A stretch of DNA of 64,000 nt from a virus. The notes under the pieces were generated by a model. That model was not told the DNA's origin and searched no databases. It saw only the letters and a program-made list of their open reading frames with translations. Below are positions 30,509 through 40,088 of this stretch, in pieces (position 1 is the first letter of the stretch; each line of letters begins with the position of its first letter). A program made the position numbers and the translations under genes. The stretch covers positions 80,888-144,887 of the IMG/VR virus record IMGVR_UViG_3300042691_015370, one strand, 5' to 3'.

Positions 30509-31026
30509 ACCTTTACCGCCCAACACAGAATGTTCGGATGAGCGTTAACCTGCATACTCTCTACCTCAAAACCAACTTCTTTCAGATACCACTTAAGAGT
30601 ACCCTGATCAAAAAGAGCATAGTGAGAATTGAAACGCCAACTTGCCTTGTCCTGAATGTAGTCTTGGTCATACTGACCACCCATCAAAATCCAAGCCAAC
30701 GAAACAAGCGGCAATGGATCTAGATCGCTTCTAGTTCCGATTCTGCCTCTCATGTATCTCTTGATAGCCTCAGTTGCCTCAGGGACCTGAATGTAAATGC
30801 GAGCACCTTTTACCATAACTCTGTGCCACTCAGTGAGAGCAGCCTTTGTGTCACGATAAGAAATGTGCTCAAGTACGTCCACAACTTTCATCTCAGTGAC
30901 AGTGTTTGCCCTCAGCGGAAGCTCTAGGGCATCAGCCACAAGATCGGGAGACTGTGCGACATCAATGTCGAGATGCAAGTCATAAAGTGGATCTGGATTT
31001 TTGCCGGAACCTAGTTCTACTTTCAA
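30505..31026 (-). CDS. Class I SAM-dependent methyltransferase
   Basis: VELGSG motif I, DVLEHI, EWHRVMVKGARI. Confidence 0.85.
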   Translation of the reverse strand: MKVELGSGKNPDPLYDLHLDIDVAQSPDLVADALELPLRANTVTEMKVVDVLEHISYRDTKAALTEWHRVMVKGARIYIQVPEATEAIKRYMRGRIGTRSDLDPLPLVSLAWILMGGQYDQDYIQDKASWRFNSHYALFDQGTLKWYLKEVGFEVESMQVNAHPNILCWAVKV

Positions 31027-31703
31027 TACCTTATCCCATAAATCATGCCACCTGTAGATGGTCTACCCAAAACTTCCAGATGACCCCATTCAGCAATAGT
31101 TGTCAACATATGACCGAAACGTGCTTCAAAATTTGGAATATCGCTGACATCTGGGCCGTGAAATTCCATCACAAGGCGACGAACCCCACTAAGCGAAGAA
31201 GCGTCAATACTGTCAAAGCAGTCGTACTCCCCGCCCTCAATGTCCATCTTCAAAACAGCAATCTCACTAAACTGTCTAAGGACGTCAGCAAACGACTCGA
31301 CAGCAAAGTCATTGCCCTCTACAACGTATCCAGAACCTGAAGCAACTTCGTTGTTGGTTATACTACCATAACCACTAGCAAAGCCTAAGGCAACATTTCG
31401 AGCTTCTACCGGCACAAGACGAGTGTTCTCCTGCAATTGCTTGAAATTACTAGCTTCAGGCTCAAATGCCACGACCTTTTTAGCGCCAGCAATACCTGCC
31501 CAAAGGGAGAAGGCTCCGATATTTGCTCCCACGTCCAGAACAATTCCGCCAATGACATGATCTGAATGCATTCTGTACACATTCTCACGCCAGACCTCAT
31601 CAACAACAATGTCATCATCGGTATTGGGTCGAATTAAGATTTTAGCAGAACGACCCTCTTGATCCAGAAGATGAACCAAACCAGACTGACCTCTATAGCT
31701 CAT
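31023..31703 (-). CDS. FkbM-family methyltransferase
   Basis: LDVGANIGAF, VVAFEP, LKMDIEGGE, MEFH. Probable start MSYRGQ at 31703. Confidence 0.9.
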   Translation of the reverse strand: MSYRGQSGLVHLLDQEGRSAKILIRPNTDDDIVVDEVWRENVYRMHSDHVIGGIVLDVGANIGAFSLWAGIAGAKKVVAFEPEASNFKQLQENTRLVPVEARNVALGFASGYGSITNNEVASGSGYVVEGNDFAVESFADVLRQFSEIAVLKMDIEGGEYDCFDSIDASSLSGVRRLVMEFHGPDVSDIPNFEARFGHMLTTIAEWGHLEVLGRPSTGGMIYGIRY

Positions 31704-32643
31704 AGCCCATAACTCCAAAAGCTTGAATGAGACGTTCTGTATACGTGCAGTTAGCACGAACAAAAGCCTGACCAGTAGCAGCGATCCGCTTTCGCTCAGC
31801 ATCATCTTCAACGTACTGATCAATGAGCGACTTCAATCCTGTAAAATCGCCATAATCATAAAGCCTCAGGTGTTCGCCATCAACAAACTCTTCTTCCAAG
31901 CCAGTAATTCGTGGATGAATGAGAAATCCTCCACGACCGACCGTTTCATAAACCCGGTCTGACCAGTAGTAGGGCTTCTTGAAACCGGGGCATAGAGTAT
32001 CACCAACAACAACCTTAGCTGAGGCGTAAAGATCATTGAGGTCTTGACCTCGGACCAAGGACTCAGGATGGCCGTGCTTCACGTAGCGATCCTTGTAAGT
32101 CTTGCTCAGCCATTGGTGTAGCTTGTTTCTATAGGGCCATTCCTTGTGATAGCCGTGAACTGAGCCGACGAAAGCCACATCAGAAGCTAAACTCTCACGA
32201 TAGTTACCCGGCACACACTCAGCCTTCAGTACACCCGGCTTAATGTAGTAATGATTAATGCCAAGTGACTCAAATCTCTTAGCTGACGCAGGATCACCGT
32301 CTGGTGTGAACACGTAACCAGTTGACCAGAATGGATCACCGTGCAAGGTTGACTCACGCTTAATGCCTAGGTACAAGTCCAGATGATATGAAGCAGTCTT
32401 GATACCGTCAGACTCAAGGCGTCTAAAGGTGTCGATCAAAAAAGGCTTATCCTTGACACCCCATGTTCTCGTGTACAACAACACGTCAGCACCAAATCTT
32501 TTAACGGTGCGGCCGAGTTTCGGAAGGTCTAATTGGTCTTCCTGAAGTGGTGCAACCTCAACACCAAGACTTTCTAAAGTCTTTTGAATATGAACTTCTG
32601 TGCAAAATGATTCTCGGAAATTACCGATATAGGCAACCTTCAT
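31693..32643 (-). CDS. GT-B glycosyltransferase (CgeB/DUF3880-like)
   Basis: DVAFVGS, YWSDRVYETVGRGGFLI, RIAATGQAFVRANCTY. Confidence 0.85.
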   Translation of the reverse strand: MKVAYIGNFRESFCTEVHIQKTLESLGVEVAPLQEDQLDLPKLGRTVKRFGADVLLYTRTWGVKDKPFLIDTFRRLESDGIKTASYHLDLYLGIKRESTLHGDPFWSTGYVFTPDGDPASAKRFESLGINHYYIKPGVLKAECVPGNYRESLASDVAFVGSVHGYHKEWPYRNKLHQWLSKTYKDRYVKHGHPESLVRGQDLNDLYASAKVVVGDTLCPGFKKPYYWSDRVYETVGRGGFLIHPRITGLEEEFVDGEHLRLYDYGDFTGLKSLIDQYVEDDAERKRIAATGQAFVRANCTYTERLIQAFGVMGYEL

Positions 32644-32651
32644 TCTACTTC

Positions 32652-33260
32652 CTATCTCTTCACCAGATTTCGGTACCGTGCATACTTTGTGGCAACATAC
32701 CGATACGTTTTGCGATGCAAATCAACTTGCGAATTACGTCCCTCGTTCACGCCTACAATATACACAACACCCTCGCACTCAACTATGCGACTTCCTGCAA
32801 TATAAAGACGTAGAAACATATCCCAGTCCTCAAGAACTGGTAATGTGTCATCAAATTGCCCGTCAGTCATGAAGTCAACGAGTCTCATTGATGTTCCGAT
32901 AACCAAACAATTGGTTCGAAAAAAATCTTTGGTTTGAATAAAACAAGCGCTCTCGTCAAATGAGCCGTCCGGGTACATGCCGAGTGTCTGTGGCTTGTAG
33001 AGAATCTTCTCGTTGAGATCAACGTAGTTATCAAGATTATCAAAAAAGCTTTTGTCTAAACGGTCGTCAGCATCAAGAAAGGTCACAATGTCGGTATCTA
33101 GCTTTGCTGCACCAGCATTGCGGGCCTGAGCAAGAGATGATCCGTGTTCGGTAACGATCATGTCCGCACCCGCTTCCATGGCTGAGTGTGCAGCAATCTC
33201 AGCCCTGTCGGCCCAAGACTTGTCGCCAAAAGTTCCAATTACGACACCAAAGCTAGCCAT
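32652..33260 (-). CDS. GT2 glycosyltransferase
   Basis: ARNAGA, FLDADD, EDWDMFLRL. Confidence 0.88.
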   Translation of the reverse strand: MASFGVVIGTFGDKSWADRAEIAAHSAMEAGADMIVTEHGSSLAQARNAGAAKLDTDIVTFLDADDRLDKSFFDNLDNYVDLNEKILYKPQTLGMYPDGSFDESACFIQTKDFFRTNCLVIGTSMRLVDFMTDGQFDDTLPVLEDWDMFLRLYIAGSRIVECEGVVYIVGVNEGRNSQVDLHRKTYRYVATKYARYRNLVKR

Positions 33261-33987
33261 TGATTACCCAATCTGGAACATTACCTTCATATTGTTTGAG
33301 AACGGGTCTACGTATTATAGACATAATATGATTATTGTTATGACCGTGGTTCTTTAGATTAGCGTAGCGATCATATTTGATTTTCCTATCCTCTTCACGA
33401 GCATAGCCAAAATGCATCAGATTGATGTTGTTTGTTCTGAAAGGGTCAAGCTTTGCATACGTTGGAGCCGAGCCACAGCCCATCGCCTTCATATTCCAGC
33501 GGCCATTAGGCTGGTACTTGAACAACCGACTCGCTTTGATCTTGTTCCACAGGCCGTCATTTCGATAAAAGCACTTACTGTCGATGATGTCCCAAATCTC
33601 ATCCACCTTCATCTTTACTACGATATAGTCAAGATACTCAGCAAGCTCAATGGTCGAGTGAAGAGCCTTGCGTGGATCACCTTCTTGACTGACGAGAAAT
33701 TCGTCGGCATCAATGGCAAAAACCCAATCTTGTTCATTTGGCTTCATGGCCTCTTCAAAGGCTTGCCACGCAGCGAAACGAAATTCGCCCTCATGGTCCA
33801 TGAAGGTTTCTGACCCAGCGTCTCGCACCAATACACCATAGTCCGAGCAGATCTGAACGGTGTTGTCAGTCGAATGGTCATTAAATAGGAAAAGACCATC
33901 AAATATATCTTGATGGTGCTCAATAAACTCTTTCAAATATCTATGCTCTTCGTTCTTGGCAACAACTAAGCCGTAGACATTAGTCAT
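33253..33987 (-). CDS. GT2-like glycosyltransferase
   Basis: KNEE, NDHSTDNT, WVFAIDADEFL, HFGY. Confidence 0.85.
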   Translation of the reverse strand: MTNVYGLVVAKNEEHRYLKEFIEHHQDIFDGLFLFNDHSTDNTVQICSDYGVLVRDAGSETFMDHEGEFRFAAWQAFEEAMKPNEQDWVFAIDADEFLVSQEGDPRKALHSTIELAEYLDYIVVKMKVDEIWDIIDSKCFYRNDGLWNKIKASRLFKYQPNGRWNMKAMGCGSAPTYAKLDPFRTNNINLMHFGYAREEDRKIKYDRYANLKNHGHNNNHIMSIIRRPVLKQYEGNVPDWVING

Positions 33988-34765
33988 GTTCAATACCCCA
34001 GTCATCCATCAGTTCACGGAAGAGTAGCCGTGACAATTTCAGATGATTATGACCAGTCTGACCAATTGTACGATGCCACTCATGAACCATTTCGGCACCC
34101 TGATCGCCAACATGAAATACCTTGTAGCCAAACTTAGGCATCGCATAACAAACAGCAGTATCCTCATAATACAGGAAGTGCTCTGGCATAGCACCCTTGG
34201 CGTTCGGCCAATGCTTGCGGAACACTGGATCGTTCATAATCGCATTCCATGCTTCCCGGCGAATTATCATGGCCGACCCAATCACCATGACGACTTCAAG
34301 TACATCTCTGTACTCACCACGATCAGTTTTGGACCAACCACGATGCTTCGGCTTGGCATGAGTGCCAATAATACCGGCAGCAGTAAACTTACGAGGTGCT
34401 TTGGCTCTGGAGTACTGAAGTGGTCCAACAACCCCCACATCGGGGTTACTGTCCATAAAGCTGATACACCTATCTATACAGGCGTCATTGACGAAATAGG
34501 TATCGGAGTTGAACAGACCGATATACCGTGACTCGGTGAGACTGGCGCCCAAATTGCAGGCTTTTGCGTAACCGAGATTGGCTTTTACCGGGAGAACCGT
34601 CACGCTGTCAGGGAGACTGAGGCTATGGACCTGATCGGTTGACTCGTTGTCGATAACCACAACCTCCGAAGATGCGGTTGGCCGGTACTGGTCATAGGAG
34701 GACAGGAACCGATCGATCATCGGGTACGTATGATAATTGACAACTACCATAGAAATATCAAGCAT
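33980..34765 (-). CDS. GT2 glycosyltransferase (WbbL/rhamnosyltransferase-like)
   Basis: VVVNY, IDNES, NLGYAKACNLG, FNSD, FLYYED. Confidence 0.88.
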   Translation of the reverse strand: MLDISMVVVNYHTYPMIDRFLSSYDQYRPTASSEVVVIDNESTDQVHSLSLPDSVTVLPVKANLGYAKACNLGASLTESRYIGLFNSDTYFVNDACIDRCISFMDSNPDVGVVGPLQYSRAKAPRKFTAAGIIGTHAKPKHRGWSKTDRGEYRDVLEVVMVIGSAMIIRREAWNAIMNDPVFRKHWPNAKGAMPEHFLYYEDTAVCYAMPKFGYKVFHVGDQGAEMVHEWHRTIGQTGHNHLKLSRLLFRELMDDWGIEHD

Positions 34766-35484
34766 CAGAAACCCACCCTTTTGTCAACGCCGTTCAGCAT
34801 AGCTGGGTGCATCACATGCTTGTTACAAACTCGACCGTCCCAATACAAAGTGCCGCCAGCTTTCTGGATCTCTAGTGACCAACCAAGGTCTTCACCTCTG
34901 CGATTGTAAACATAGTCAATCGCATAAGCATTTCTTGTCATCAAATATCCACCGATCAAAATATCAACTTTGACAAGCTGATTGAGATTCTCACGCTTGA
35001 ACATGGTGCCACGATGTGGGCCAACCCACTTACCCATATTGGGATGCAAAGTACTATGCCGAGACACAAAGCACTTGGACCCAATGGCCCAAGCATCCGG
35101 CTTTTCCTCTACAGCAGAAAGCAAAGTCTTAATACCGTCTGGATGCAGCAACACATCAGAGTCAAGGCTGAAAAAGTAATCGGGCGATAGATTACGAACT
35201 TCGCCAAGCAATTCATTGCGTAGATTGACCATCTCGTAGTAGCGGTCGTTGCTCCAGCGATGATCGCCGTCACGACCAGTGAAGACTGAGTAAAAGAAGG
35301 TGACCTTGAGGTCAGTAAGCAAAGCGACAGTATCTGCATCGTCCGGGTGAACATTGCAAATGACCTCTGGTACGACACCGGCCTTCTCGCCAGCAGTCAT
35401 CAGATGCTCGTACCACTTGTCAAGAATCCAGTTTCTTCCCGCCTCGGGATTGCCGACAAGAGGGCATCCAACCAGAAGCCTCAT
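34765..35484 (-). CDS. GT-A fold glycosyltransferase
   Basis: LRNELL, DYFFSLDSDV, GEDLGW. Probable start MRLLVG. Confidence 0.75.
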   Translation of the reverse strand: MRLLVGCPLVGNPEAGRNWILDKWYEHLMTAGEKAGVVPEVICNVHPDDADTVALLTDLKVTFFYSVFTGRDGDHRWSNDRYYEMVNLRNELLGEVRNLSPDYFFSLDSDVLLHPDGIKTLLSAVEEKPDAWAIGSKCFVSRHSTLHPNMGKWVGPHRGTMFKRENLNQLVKVDILIGGYLMTRNAYAIDYVYNRRGEDLGWSLEIQKAGGTLYWDGRVCNKHVMHPAMLNGVDKRVGF

Positions 35485-35843
35485 AGATACCCAGCCTTCT
35501 TCATGAGTTCCATAAAGAGTTCCATCGGCATCATTGCCCACCAGTCTTCTGGCCTTGGCTTACCCTTGGGACGTACAGCGATGAATCCCATTTCTGAACG
35601 TGCATTGACCATCTCAGATTCAAGCTCACGAACCCAAGCAGGGATATCAAGAGCAGCACCGGATTTAACTTCGACACAGACGTTCCATCTACGGTCAGGA
35701 GCAGCCCAACCTGCAATATCGCCTTGATCAAAGCGACCCTTAAGGTGGCGGCGCTCGGCATTTGCGATCCCTTTGCTGATCAGGTACTGGACGTACTTTT
35801 CTTCTGTCTCAGCGCCCTTACTTTTGGCTGTCGATGGCTTCAT
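35481..35843 (-). CDS. Holliday junction resolvase (PD-(D/E)xK)
   Basis: KSKGAETE, DQGDIAG, VEVKS; typical actinophage resolvase pattern. Confidence 0.8.
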   Translation of the reverse strand: MKPSTAKSKGAETEEKYVQYLISKGIANAERRHLKGRFDQGDIAGWAAPDRRWNVCVEVKSGAALDIPAWVRELESEMVNARSEMGFIAVRPKGKPRPEDWWAMMPMELFMELMKKAGYL

Positions 35844-36222
35844 CCTCTAGCTCCATTTGCGCCATCATTTCACGCAGATCCTCAGAAGCTTCCTTCAGCT
35901 TGAAGGAAGTGACCTTCTCTGCGTGTTTGACATCGCTCTCAATGTTCGTCTTAGTGATTCTGAAATGGACATCCAAAGTGTCGCCCTCACTAAACGTAAA
36001 AGCGGACGGAAGCCATTCGTCTACATTATCATACATAGCTTCAAGAGCGAACTTAATACGAGAAGCAATGAGTTGACGAACAAGTGGTTCCATGTCTTTG
36101 TAAATCTCCTTAGAGTTCTGAACCTGCATGAACAGAGCTACACGGTCAAGCCAATAGGGGACCGGCTCAAGTTTGCGGTACGAAATTTGGGTCTGGACAC
36201 CGGCGAATTCGTGAACTGTCAC
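35818..36222 (-). CDS. Hypothetical protein
   Basis: 134-aa ORF. Confidence 0.55.
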   Translation of the reverse strand: MTVHEFAGVQTQISYRKLEPVPYWLDRVALFMQVQNSKEIYKDMEPLVRQLIASRIKFALEAMYDNVDEWLPSAFTFSEGDTLDVHFRITKTNIESDVKHAEKVTSFKLKEASEDLREMMAQMELEDEAIDSQK

Positions 36223-36259
36223 CCATACATTGTAAACGGTTCAGTGACACAAAAAACCT

Positions 36260-36296
36260 AAAAGGGGAGGCCCGGAAACCCGGAACCTCCCCTTTT
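36260..36296. terminator. Bidirectional terminator-like hairpin
   Basis: AAAAGGGGAGG...CCTCCCCTTTT. Confidence 0.7.
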
Positions 36297-36312
36297 GCTG
36301 CGCCTCGGTCGC

Positions 36313-36693
36313 TCAAACTGATTGCAGAAAATCAGAAAGCCTTACTGTTGCTTTAGTTCCCGCACGAGTGTTGATCTTCACTACAAACTTCAGCCCCATC
36401 ATCAACATATAAGAAGTGCTTAGCTTGTTAATAAAGTCTGATGGAGCAAAATCAACAACATACAACCACTGAGAATTAAGGCCACGCATTCTGTCAACAT
36501 CATGAACATATTTGTCATTGGGTGATGTCATGTAAGGTCTGCATGCGGGAGCGCCGAATTTGGAACAGAAGAGGCGAGTGCTTACCCCATCCCAAATTGC
36601 TTCACAAGGGTTCCACCGCTCATTGTATCTACTATATGAGCGTGGATCAAAAAACGGCTCAGCTAACTGGATATCTGAAGGATCAGAGATCAT
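36313..36693 (-). CDS. Hypothetical protein
   Basis: ORF overlapping the upstream stop codon. Confidence 0.45.
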   Translation of the reverse strand: MISDPSDIQLAEPFFDPRSYSRYNERWNPCEAIWDGVSTRLFCSKFGAPACRPYMTSPNDKYVHDVDRMRGLNSQWLYVVDFAPSDFINKLSTSYMLMMGLKFVVKINTRAGTKATVRLSDFLQSV

Positions 36694-37033
36694 CCCAACC
36701 CTCTTCCCACTCCTTCTTCGCCCGACGAGCTTCCTCACGGAGCATCTCTAGCTCAGTAGGTACGATCTGTTCGAACTCCTGCTTGGCTTCGAACTCTTCT
36801 GGACGCAGGACACGATCAGACCAAGCCACGTTACCGACACGAAGCGTCATTACGAGGAAAAAGTCGGCCTTCCCCTCACGGAGAACCTCATCGATATCAA
36901 CATCTGGAGACATAATCTCCATTTCCTGACCCGGTGCCGGTACTGCGCCAACCTGAGCAGACATGGCGTAGAGGCCAATCTTTTCAAACGCAGCCTTGGA
37001 TTCATCCAGAAGATTGTAAAAGTCGAAAGCCAT
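36683..37033 (-). CDS. Hypothetical acidic protein
   Basis: Probable start MAFDFY at 37033. Confidence 0.55.
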   Translation of the reverse strand: MAFDFYNLLDESKAAFEKIGLYAMSAQVGAVPAPGQEMEIMSPDVDIDEVLREGKADFFLVMTLRVGNVAWSDRVLRPEEFEAKQEFEQIVPTELEMLREEARRAKKEWEEGWDDL

Positions 37034-37065
37034 GAGGGGAGTATACCGAAATTTCGCCTTGCGAG

Positions 37066-37329
37066 TCAAGCGTCTCGCTGAGCGGCCATGTACTCCTTGC
37101 GGAGCGCCCGGAAACGGTCCCACGGAATCTTGTCTGGATCGTAGAGGCAGACCCATTTGTGGCGGATCTTCTCCACCATCCCTAGGTCCACAAACTCCTT
37201 CATGATGCCAGACAGTCTCTGATACGACATACCCCACTCTTTGGCAATCTCACCCTGTTTGATAGCAATCACATTGTTCTGATCGCACTTGGAGTACAGG
37301 TAACGATAGAGGGATTCTCTATCATACAT
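37066..37329 (-). CDS. Winged-helix DNA-binding protein
   Basis: IKQGEIAKEWGMSYQRLSGIMKEFVDLGMVEK. Confidence 0.7.
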   Translation of the reverse strand: MYDRESLYRYLYSKCDQNNVIAIKQGEIAKEWGMSYQRLSGIMKEFVDLGMVEKIRHKWVCLYDPDKIPWDRFRALRKEYMAAQRDA

Positions 37330-37337
37330 TTGTCACC

Positions 37338-39365
37338 TCAAATAATTGAACAGACGTCCGAATCGCAGAACTTGTCGCCCTCGGCCTCAATACCAACCTT
37401 GTACAGATTGCCAAGAGACTTGTAGGACTTCATCTTCTTTTCGATTTCCTTCTCGGTTAGATCCAGCTTCTCGTATGGCTGCTGAGGATATGTAGCCTCT
37501 TCACCCAATGGAAGGAACGACACACCCTTGAACTGACCATCCTTGGAAGCAAGTAGTGGCAGAAGCTGATCAGCCTCATCCGGCAAGAATGTGATAGTTG
37601 CAGATACCTGATTATCAGCCCAGTAGCGCTGCATCATCGCCGCAAGCTCTGCCTTTTCCCAAATGGTTACGTTACGCTCATCACGAACATCTGGACCCTT
37701 CGTGATAAAAGTAGCGACCACAGTGTTTTCTGGATCTCCCTGTGCAGGTTCGATATCATAGCCAGCCTTCTTTAGATGCTCTACAATAGGGTTGTTGACT
37801 GAATAGCGGACACGCCGAATGTAATGACCTGAAGCTGTGGGCCAGTGAACACCCGGAGTGACACCAGCAACGAGCGACACCGTACCTGAAGGCTTGATGG
37901 AAGTCTTCTTGATCGACTCACGTACAGCCAGCCACTCAGAGTACTTCTGGTCACGATGCTCAATGAACTTGTAGCCCTCATCGGCCCATGAACGAAGCTC
38001 AGCCCAGCCCTTGGTTTCCACGAACTGTGCAAGACCAGAGATGGAACATCCGATACGACGGTTACGGGCCATGACCTCGTTGGAGTCAGCCCACTTGGTC
38101 GGGAGCAGCGTCACAGCCTTGCCGTAGAGGTAAGCGTGCTTGAGCGACTCTCTGAAATCCTCATAATCCGAGTGCTTGCTCGGGAAAACCTCAACGAGAG
38201 TACATAGCTCCTTGTCCTCCAGCGACTGCTCAAGGCAAGGGTTACCGCCAGCTACACGCCAATCCTTGTCGTTACGAGGATCAACAAGGCGACCATGGCT
38301 GCGAGCAAGATCCAACCACATGAACCCCGGCTCACCATTTGTCAGAATACCGTCCACCATGGGACCATAGTTATCCCCTTCGCTGACGAAGACAGAGTTG
38401 TTGGAGTTCCAAGCCCACCCGGTGTCAGGGTCGGTGCGCTCAGCGTTCTCGGGAAGGTTCCAGTTCTTGGCATTTACATAGTCGGTATCAGTTGGGTCAC
38501 CGAAGCAGATTTGGGCTGAACGTCTGGCTCCACCGGCCACTACCGCTTTACCGATCTTGTTCATGATATCCAGAATGTCTCTGGAGGTGATGAGTTCACC
38601 CTCTCTCTTCCCTAGCTGGGAACAAAGGCTCTCATGTAATGTCATCAGTGGACCGGGACCGGAGGCCCTCCCGCCGAATCTTTTCAGTCTACTCCCAGCA
38701 GGACGCACTTCCGAGTAATCAAACTCTACCGTTGGACGATTCTTGAAAAAGTACGACTCTAGTAGTTTTCCGACCGACTCAGCCCACCCTTCACGGTTAT
38801 CGGGCACCACAAAGACCTCTACCTTGTCTGGATTAGGCTCATGTAGCGTTATATTGCCCTCTCCCTTGAGATCGTAGCCTACCCCTACTCCCCACATGGA
38901 CATCTCCATCATGCGTGTAAAGGGCAGTGTGGCTTCCTCAGCGGAATGTGAGGAAAGCTTGGCTGTAGAGAGAAAAGCGCAATTCTGAAGAGCCGACGAA
39001 TGTTGCTCTTCGTGTACGATTGGGCGTCCCATGTGTTGTAGTCCCCGACCGGGTGGCATCCACTTGAAGTGGTACATGCGATCGTAGGCATCTTTGGCTG
39101 AGGCGAGAGCTTTGAAGTCGTTCCATGGGGTGCGGTTACGTTTGCAGTGATCTTTGAGGATACTGTAGTAACCTTCGATGCATCTACGGACTGTTTCGTG
39201 CCAGCGTTCTTTGGTTCCGTCTTCTTTGAGGGCAGAGTATTTGTCTACATAGATGAGTTCTGACAGAGATTGTCCCCCGCCGATAGGAAATCCCCAATCT
39301 GGTGTCTTTTCTGCGTATCCTTCGATGAATGTATCGGGTAGTCGGAATGAGAGCAGATCAGACAT
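37338..39365 (-). CDS. nrdJ: Class II (adenosylcobalamin-dependent) ribonucleotide reductase
   Basis: PPGRG, NCAF, GGNPCLEQSL, ELCTLVE, SIKPSGTVS and C-terminal FCDSDVC; monomeric RTPR type. Confidence 0.93.
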   Translation of the reverse strand: MSDLLSFRLPDTFIEGYAEKTPDWGFPIGGGQSLSELIYVDKYSALKEDGTKERWHETVRRCIEGYYSILKDHCKRNRTPWNDFKALASAKDAYDRMYHFKWMPPGRGLQHMGRPIVHEEQHSSALQNCAFLSTAKLSSHSAEEATLPFTRMMEMSMWGVGVGYDLKGEGNITLHEPNPDKVEVFVVPDNREGWAESVGKLLESYFFKNRPTVEFDYSEVRPAGSRLKRFGGRASGPGPLMTLHESLCSQLGKREGELITSRDILDIMNKIGKAVVAGGARRSAQICFGDPTDTDYVNAKNWNLPENAERTDPDTGWAWNSNNSVFVSEGDNYGPMVDGILTNGEPGFMWLDLARSHGRLVDPRNDKDWRVAGGNPCLEQSLEDKELCTLVEVFPSKHSDYEDFRESLKHAYLYGKAVTLLPTKWADSNEVMARNRRIGCSISGLAQFVETKGWAELRSWADEGYKFIEHRDQKYSEWLAVRESIKKTSIKPSGTVSLVAGVTPGVHWPTASGHYIRRVRYSVNNPIVEHLKKAGYDIEPAQGDPENTVVATFITKGPDVRDERNVTIWEKAELAAMMQRYWADNQVSATITFLPDEADQLLPLLASKDGQFKGVSFLPLGEEATYPQQPYEKLDLTEKEIEKKMKSYKSLGNLYKVGIEAEGDKFCDSDVCSII

Positions 39366-39452
39366 GGTGCCTCCAGAAAGGGCGTGAGCTTTGACTAAAT
39401 AAGGAACGGCCGAGAGAGGTTGAATTTTAACAGACCTCTTTTTTGTGAAAAG

Positions 39453-39617
39453 TTAAGGGTGCCGGGGATCTGGCAGAACTTGCGACTCTCGCATCGCTTT
39501 CTTGCAACCAGCCTTCATGCGAGAAGGATGCACCCAATACGGCAAGTCTGGGCGAATCTTGTCATCCAACCAGACACCTTTATGGCAAGCGGAACAAAGC
39601 CCATACTTGACCGTCAT
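39453..39617 (-). CDS. Small Cys/His protein (54 aa, not in track)
   Basis: MTVKYGLCSACHKG...WVHPSRMKAGC; ATG overlaps the upstream TGA. Confidence 0.5.
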   Translation of the reverse strand: MTVKYGLCSACHKGVWLDDKIRPDLPYWVHPSRMKAGCKKAMRESQVLPDPRHP

Positions 39618-39853
39618 CTTCTTGCTAACCGCTCAGATCGTCTCTTTGCCACATTGATAACATCGGCATACTGTGCTTTTAGCATGTCTACATCATCTTT
39701 GCTGACATTGTTCACTTCTAAAATGCCGCGACCTTTGTCATCACGGATAGAAATGACCCTTAAGTCCTCTTTCAGAGGAATGCGAGGATTGTAATGAGTT
39801 ATCGAACATACATCGTTGGCTTCAATGTATGAATTAGCAATCTTAACGAGCAT
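39614..39853 (-). CDS. Hypothetical protein
   Basis: 79-aa ORF in the operon. Confidence 0.5.
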   Translation of the reverse strand: MLVKIANSYIEANDVCSITHYNPRIPLKEDLRVISIRDDKGRGILEVNNVSKDDVDMLKAQYADVINVAKRRSERLARR

Positions 39854-40088
39854 CGATCGTTACCTTGTAGCCGATTTCATCAAGAATAAGATTCAACAAA
39901 TCCTGCATCTCCACAGGAGTATCGAACTGACGAGTCCACATCAAGGTGTTATCACTTGTCCTGATGTCCAATACACATCTTTCCCCCGGAAGTAGTGTAT
40001 ATCGATCCCGCCCAATAGTATGAGCGTACATAAAAGCAATAAAATCTGGATTGATCAGAACGTCATCTAACTTAATGAACCTTCTCAT
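39843..40088 (-). CDS. Hypothetical protein
   Basis: ORF coupled to the sigma gene stop. Confidence 0.5.
   Translation of the reverse strand: MRRFIKLDDVLINPDFIAFMYAHTIGRDRYTLLPGERCVLDIRTSDNTLMWTRQFDTPVEMQDLLNLILDEIGYKVTIDAR

Noticed and set aside
39366-39613. Cobalamin riboswitch upstream of nrdJ
   Set aside because: The region is mostly occupied by a coupled 54-aa ORF and no B12-box was found.
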